Shown here: piece by piece, positions 60,300 to 64,000 of the stretch
How the letters are laid out: the number at the start of each line of letters is the position of its first letter
How positions within the stretch are numbered: position 1 is the first letter of the stretch
Assembly (NCBI GenBank): GCA_913045225.1
Contig: CAJWPC010000003.1
Coordinates: 30,705-94,704, forward strand
DNA: 64,000 bases
From: an uncultured Rhodobiaceae bacterium
GTDB taxonomy: Bacteria; Pseudomonadota; Alphaproteobacteria; Rhizobiales; TMED25
Reading direction: 5' to 3'
Translations under genes and position numbers: made by a program
The notes under the pieces: generated by a model
Told to the model about the DNA's origin: nothing
The model's database searches: none
What the model saw: the letters and a program-made list of their open reading frames with translations, nothing else

Positions 60300-61361
60300 A
60301 TGACTATTAAGAATTCAGATCTATTTCATCTCGACGATAGGTCTAGGGAAATCTTTAAGAGAATTGTTGAAGAGTATTTGGCTAAGGGTTTTCCAATTGG
60401 ATCTAGAACAGTATCACAAATGGACAGAATAAATTTATCCGCTGCCTCTATTAGAAACGTTATGCATGACTTAGAGTCTTTGGGTCTTATATATTCGCCT
60501 CATACAAGTTCGGGAAGGATACCAACGGAGGGCGGACTCAGATTATTTGTTGACGCAATGCTGGAGATTGGCAATCTCACCGACACAGATCAAGCTGCGA
60601 TGAAAGAACAGGCTATGACAAACAACATGACATTAGAAGACGCCTTAAGCAAGGCGAGCGAAATGTTATCAGGTTTAACAAATTGCACGGGAGTCGTTTC
60701 GGTAAATAAAGATGTAAAATATGTCAAGCATATCGAATTTGTTTCCCTCGATAAGACAAAAATTCTCGTTATACTTGTAGATGAGGATGGTAAAGTTGAA
60801 AATAGAATTATAAATAATTCAGAGGGAATTACAGCTTCCAGCTTGGCATCTGCGAGTAACTACCTTAATCATCATATGAGGGGCCTTACGTTGAGTGAGG
60901 CTGTTAAGAGAATAGAGACCGATTTCATACATAAGAAAAATGAACTTGATAAGGAAACTACAGATTTATTAACCCAAGGACTAGCAACATGGAGTAATTC
61001 AAATTATAATAAAGATGATAAGATCTTGATCGTCAAAGGTGCATCGAAGTTAATCTCAAACATTGAGGCTAGTGATGATCTTGAAAAGGTCAGGCATCTC
61101 TTTCAAGATTTAGAAAATAAGCAAGAAATCATGGAATTACTTGGAATGGCAGAAAAGGCTGAGGGGGTAAGAATTTTCATTGGATCTGAAAATAAATTAT
61201 TCTCATTGTCAGGCTCATCTATGATAGTCACACCATATAAAAACGAAAAAAAGCAGGTTATTGGGGTGCTTGGAGTGATTGGCCCAACGAGAATGAATTA
61301 TGGCAAAATAATACCAATGGTGAATTATACCGCAGAGCTTATGAAGAAGATTTTAGGTTAA
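60300..61361 (+). CDS. hrcA: Heat-inducible transcription repressor HrcA
   Basis: 353 aa. DDRSREIFKRIVEEYLAKGFPIGSRT at the N-terminus, followed by grpE. Divergent from rph, as in other alphaproteobacteria. Confidence 0.92.
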   Translation: MTIKNSDLFHLDDRSREIFKRIVEEYLAKGFPIGSRTVSQMDRINLSAASIRNVMHDLESLGLIYSPHTSSGRIPTEGGLRLFVDAMLEIGNLTDTDQAAMKEQAMTNNMTLEDALSKASEMLSGLTNCTGVVSVNKDVKYVKHIEFVSLDKTKILVILVDEDGKVENRIINNSEGITASSLASASNYLNHHMRGLTLSEAVKRIETDFIHKKNELDKETTDLLTQGLATWSNSNYNKDDKILIVKGASKLISNIEASDDLEKVRHLFQDLENKQEIMELLGMAEKAEGVRIFIGSENKLFSLSGSSMIVTPYKNEKKQVIGVLGVIGPTRMNYGKIIPMVNYTAELMKKILG

Positions 61362-61432
61362 ATTTGTGATATTGAATATAATAAGATCAATGGTTATTAT
61401 GAACTTAAATAATTTAAAAGATTGGCAAGTCA

Positions 61433-62029
61433 ATGAAAGATAAAAAGGATAAACAAAAAGAACAAGAAGTACATGAGGATATTGAGAACCTCATGGAGGA
61501 CTCTACACTAGTTAACGAGTCAGACCTTGAGGATGGGGGATCCATGAATGAGTCGACAAAGGATCAGCCTGACTTAACTGAAATGTTAGAAGAGGCAAAC
61601 GATCGAATTTTAAGAATGGCTGCTGAGATGGAAAATTATCGCAAAAGAAGTCTAAAGGAAAAAGAAGATGCAATTAAGTATTCAACTACAAAATTTGCTC
61701 GGGATATAGTTACCGTTGCTGATGATCTTGAAAGAGCACTAGATAGCATCAAGGACATCAACCTCGATAATAACGAAACAACTAAAACCTTATCTGAAGG
61801 GGTACAATTAACAATGAGGTCGCTCACCCAAATACTCGAGAGAAATGGCATTGAGAGATTTGACCCTACTGGTGAAAAATTTGACCCCACTTTACATGAA
61901 GCAATGTTCGAAGTTCCTGATACGGAAAAAGAGAACGGAATAGTTGTTCATCTAGTAGAACCAGGCTATCGTATAAACGAAAGAATTCTTAGACCTGCAA
62001 GAGTTGGCGTCAGTAAGTCAAATAAATAA
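61433..62029 (+). CDS. grpE: Nucleotide exchange factor GrpE
   Basis: 198 aa. RMAAEMENYRKR and GYRINERILRPARVGVSK. Confidence 0.93.
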   Translation: MKDKKDKQKEQEVHEDIENLMEDSTLVNESDLEDGGSMNESTKDQPDLTEMLEEANDRILRMAAEMENYRKRSLKEKEDAIKYSTTKFARDIVTVADDLERALDSIKDINLDNNETTKTLSEGVQLTMRSLTQILERNGIERFDPTGEKFDPTLHEAMFEVPDTEKENGIVVHLVEPGYRINERILRPARVGVSKSNK

Positions 62030-62064
62030 TTTAAATATCTCAATTTGGCTATAATATATAATTT

Positions 62065-63231
62065 ATGGATAAAGTAGAAAAAGCAGCTTCAAGTTTTGTT
62101 GATATTAGCAAGTTGAATCTGACAGATTTTCGAAATCATAGTTTTACATCAATAGAAACTGATAAAAAATTCGTTGCTTTCGTCGGGAGAAATGGGTCGG
62201 GGAAAACAAACGTCATTGAGGCTATTTCAATGTTTTCCTCTGGAAAAGGCTTAAGAGGCGCACAATTATCTGAGCAATCAAACATCAAGGGGAATGGCGG
62301 ATGGTCAATATTTATGGAGGTAAAAACAGCTAAGGGAATAACAAAATTAGGAACAGGCATAGGTAGTTCACAAATGATGGAAGGTAAAGCTAGGCAGTGC
62401 CGAGTGGATGGGAAATTTCTAAAAAGCCCTCGCGAATTTACCAATCATGTTGGGATTATATGGCTTACACCCCAAATGGACAGACTTTTTATTGGGCAAA
62501 GAACAGACAGGAGGAAATTCTTTGATAAGTTGGTTTGTTTAATCGAGTCAAGCCATGAAAAAAATATTAAAGATTATGATCGACTAATCATGCAAAGAAA
62601 TAGGGTTCTGGTGGATATGGATGATAAGAAAAGTTGGCTTGATAAAATAGAGAAACAGATATCAAAAATTGCCGCAAACATACTTATATCACGCCAAATT
62701 GCAACAAATAGACTAAACAAAATTATGGATGCAGAAGTAAAAAATAACTTATTTCCATCGGCAAAGATTGTCATGAGAGAGGAGCTTGGGGATATAAATA
62801 CAAGATCATCAATGATAGAAATTGAATCGCAGCTTCAAAAATTATTTTTCCAGTCCCGCATAAAAGATCGAGACACTTTTAGAACTAACGTAGGTCCTCA
62901 CAGAACTGATTTCACGCTGTATTACAATAAGAATGATATGTACGCTGAGAACTGTTCAACTGGAGAACAAAAAAATCTTCTTGTTTCAGTGATTTTGGCT
63001 GAAGCAAGAGTATATCAAGAAATAAATAATGGCATATCACCGATACTTTTATTAGATGAGATTACTGCCCATATGGATAATGAACGAGTTTCAAATTTAT
63101 TTGAGCAGATTGGGGAGATTGGTTCACAGACTTGGTTAACAGGTACATCAGAACATTTGTTTGACTACATTAGTGATAAAACAGACATATTCAATATTAA
63201 TAATGGAAAACTGGATCACAATGGGGTCTAA
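62065..63231 (+). CDS. recF: DNA replication and repair protein RecF
   Basis: Walker A FVGRNGSGKTNVIEAI, signature SGEQK, Walker B LLLDEITAHMD. Confidence 0.9.
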   Translation: MDKVEKAASSFVDISKLNLTDFRNHSFTSIETDKKFVAFVGRNGSGKTNVIEAISMFSSGKGLRGAQLSEQSNIKGNGGWSIFMEVKTAKGITKLGTGIGSSQMMEGKARQCRVDGKFLKSPREFTNHVGIIWLTPQMDRLFIGQRTDRRKFFDKLVCLIESSHEKNIKDYDRLIMQRNRVLVDMDDKKSWLDKIEKQISKIAANILISRQIATNRLNKIMDAEVKNNLFPSAKIVMREELGDINTRSSMIEIESQLQKLFFQSRIKDRDTFRTNVGPHRTDFTLYYNKNDMYAENCSTGEQKNLLVSVILAEARVYQEINNGISPILLLDEITAHMDNERVSNLFEQIGEIGSQTWLTGTSEHLFDYISDKTDIFNINNGKLDHNGV

Positions 63232-63237
63232 TCGATT

Positions 63238-63265
63238 AAAAACTTGCAGAATCAGGTTTTTTTTT
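63238..63265 (+). terminator. Weak AU-rich hairpin plus T-run downstream of recF (possible intrinsic terminator)
   Basis: AAAAACTTG-CAGAAT-CAGGTTTTT forms up to a 9-bp stem (one G-U pair, mostly A-T) within a run of 9 T residues. Lies 7 nt after the recF stop and 40 nt before the gyrB ATG. Confidence 0.35.
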
Positions 63266-63304
63266 ATCTAATATAAATATTGAAAAACGCATATTAAATC
63301 TCGT

Positions 63305-64000
63305 ATGAGCGATATAAATCTTGAGCAACAAAAAGACTACGATGCAGGATCGATAAAAGTCCTCAAAGGGTTGGATGCTGTTAGAAAAAGACCAGGCATG
63401 TACATTGGCGATACCGACGATGGATCTGGCCTCCATCACATGGTTTATGAGGTAGTCGATAACTCAATTGATGAAGCGTTGGCCGGTCATTGTGATAAAG
63501 TAGAAGTTATTTTAAATCCTGATGGTTCCGTGACAGTAAAAGATAACGGCAGAGGAATACCCACTGATATACATGAGGGAGAAGGAATATCAGCCGCTGA
63601 GGTTATAATGACTCAACTGCATGCGGGTGGAAAATTTGATCAAAACTCCTACAAAGTCTCAGGAGGATTACATGGCGTTGGTGTCTCAGTCGTTAATGCC
63701 TTGTCATCCAAACTAGATCTTAAAATATACAGAAGCAAGACCATTCACGAAATGTCTTTTTTGGACGGTGTGCCAAAAGATGGACTCAGGGAGGTTGGTT
63801 CTTGTGAAGAGCAAGTATCTGGAACAGAAATTACATTCCATCCTTCGGATAATATTTTTACAAATATTAAGTTCAATTTTCAGACGTTAGAACACAGATT
63901 AAGAGAATTAGCATTCTTAAATTCAGGGGTGGAGATAAATTTATCTGATAATAGAGGCGTGGATAATAAGTCTGTTAGTATGAATTATACAGGCGGTTTG
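63305..64000 (+). CDS. gyrB: DNA gyrase subunit B, 3'-truncated by the window edge
   Basis: Not in the ORF track because it has no stop within the window. The frame is open from ATG 63305 to the end: [58 protein letters not shown]..., the canonical GyrB N-terminal ATPase domain. Confidence 0.95.
   Translation, partial: MSDINLEQQKDYDAGSIKVLKGLDAVRKRPGMYIGDTDDGSGLHHMVYEVVDNSIDEALAGHCDKVEVILNPDGSVTVKDNGRGIPTDIHEGEGISAAEVIMTQLHAGGKFDQNSYKVSGGLHGVGVSVVNALSSKLDLKIYRSKTIHEMSFLDGVPKDGLREVGSCEEQVSGTEITFHPSDNIFTNIKFNFQTLEHRLRELAFLNSGVEINLSDNRGVDNKSVSMNYTGGL

Noticed and set aside
63236-63439. A 67-aa minus-strand ORF between recF and the window end.
   Set aside because: It overlaps the unmistakable gyrB N-terminus (plus strand, ATG 63305). 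gyrB is missing from the ORF track only because it has no stop inside the window.
1-64000. A search for mobile elements, CRISPR arrays, phage or defence genes, toxin-antitoxin pairs, tRNA/rRNA/tmRNA genes and composition-shifted islands.
   Set aside because: Every ORF over 100 aa on the coding strands has a clear housekeeping identity. The spacers are too short and AT-rich for structured RNA genes. No repeat arrays or integrase/transposase-like sequences were seen. The locally GC-richer stretches (fabA/fabB, rhodanese) coincide with highly conserved protein motifs rather than foreign DNA.

Overview
This is a strongly AT-rich, very gene-dense stretch of core chromosome. I call 70 protein genes, the first and last cut by the window edges. 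I found no rRNA, tRNA, CRISPR array, transposase, integrase, phage, toxin-antitoxin or recognisable defence genes. Almost every ORF is a well-known housekeeping gene, and the gene order is a chain of classic alphaproteobacterial syntenic blocks. These are PDRP(RP001)-maf-coaE-dnaQ / secB / Tim44-like-mltA-smr; hslVU / hisB-DUF2628-hisHAFE-coaA; dnaA-dnaN, dnaKJ-dapB-gpmA; rpsT-echA-mutM / ubiE-ubiB-coaBC-dut-thiF; irr / fabA-fabB-fabI; pnp-rpsO-truB-rbfA-infB-nusA-rimP; trmB-metK-lnt-ybeY-phoH-miaB-plsC-fur-rimI-tsaB; nfu-usp-trpS-murJ-glnD; olsB-like-gshB-rsmI-hemW-rdgB-rph / hrcA-grpE; recF-gyrB. This looks like the origin-proximal core of a streamlined free-living alphaproteobacterium (SAR11-like or a relative). 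The taxon is inferred from synteny and composition only. I do not see an accessory island or a convincing novel multi-gene system here, and I would rather say so than invent one. What deserves a second look is small-scale and mostly regulatory. A rhodanese gene overlaps the dnaA start. One 440-bp AT-rich spacer, by far the longest in the window, lies upstream of that rhodanese-dnaA-dnaN unit and carries a palindrome. An 11-mer from that palindrome recurs in the rpsT leader. A perfect 19-bp 9-1-9 palindrome lies between the Fur-family gene irr and fabA. A textbook alphaproteobacterial sigma-32 promoter sits in front of dnaK. A strong intrinsic terminator sits in the rimP-nusA-infB leader. MltA has no visible signal peptide and lies in frame behind a membrane-anchored Tim44-like gene. 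The left edge lies in the gene that flanks the conserved alphaproteobacterial origin. Several ORF-track starts are alternative-codon extensions, and I give the starts I consider more likely.
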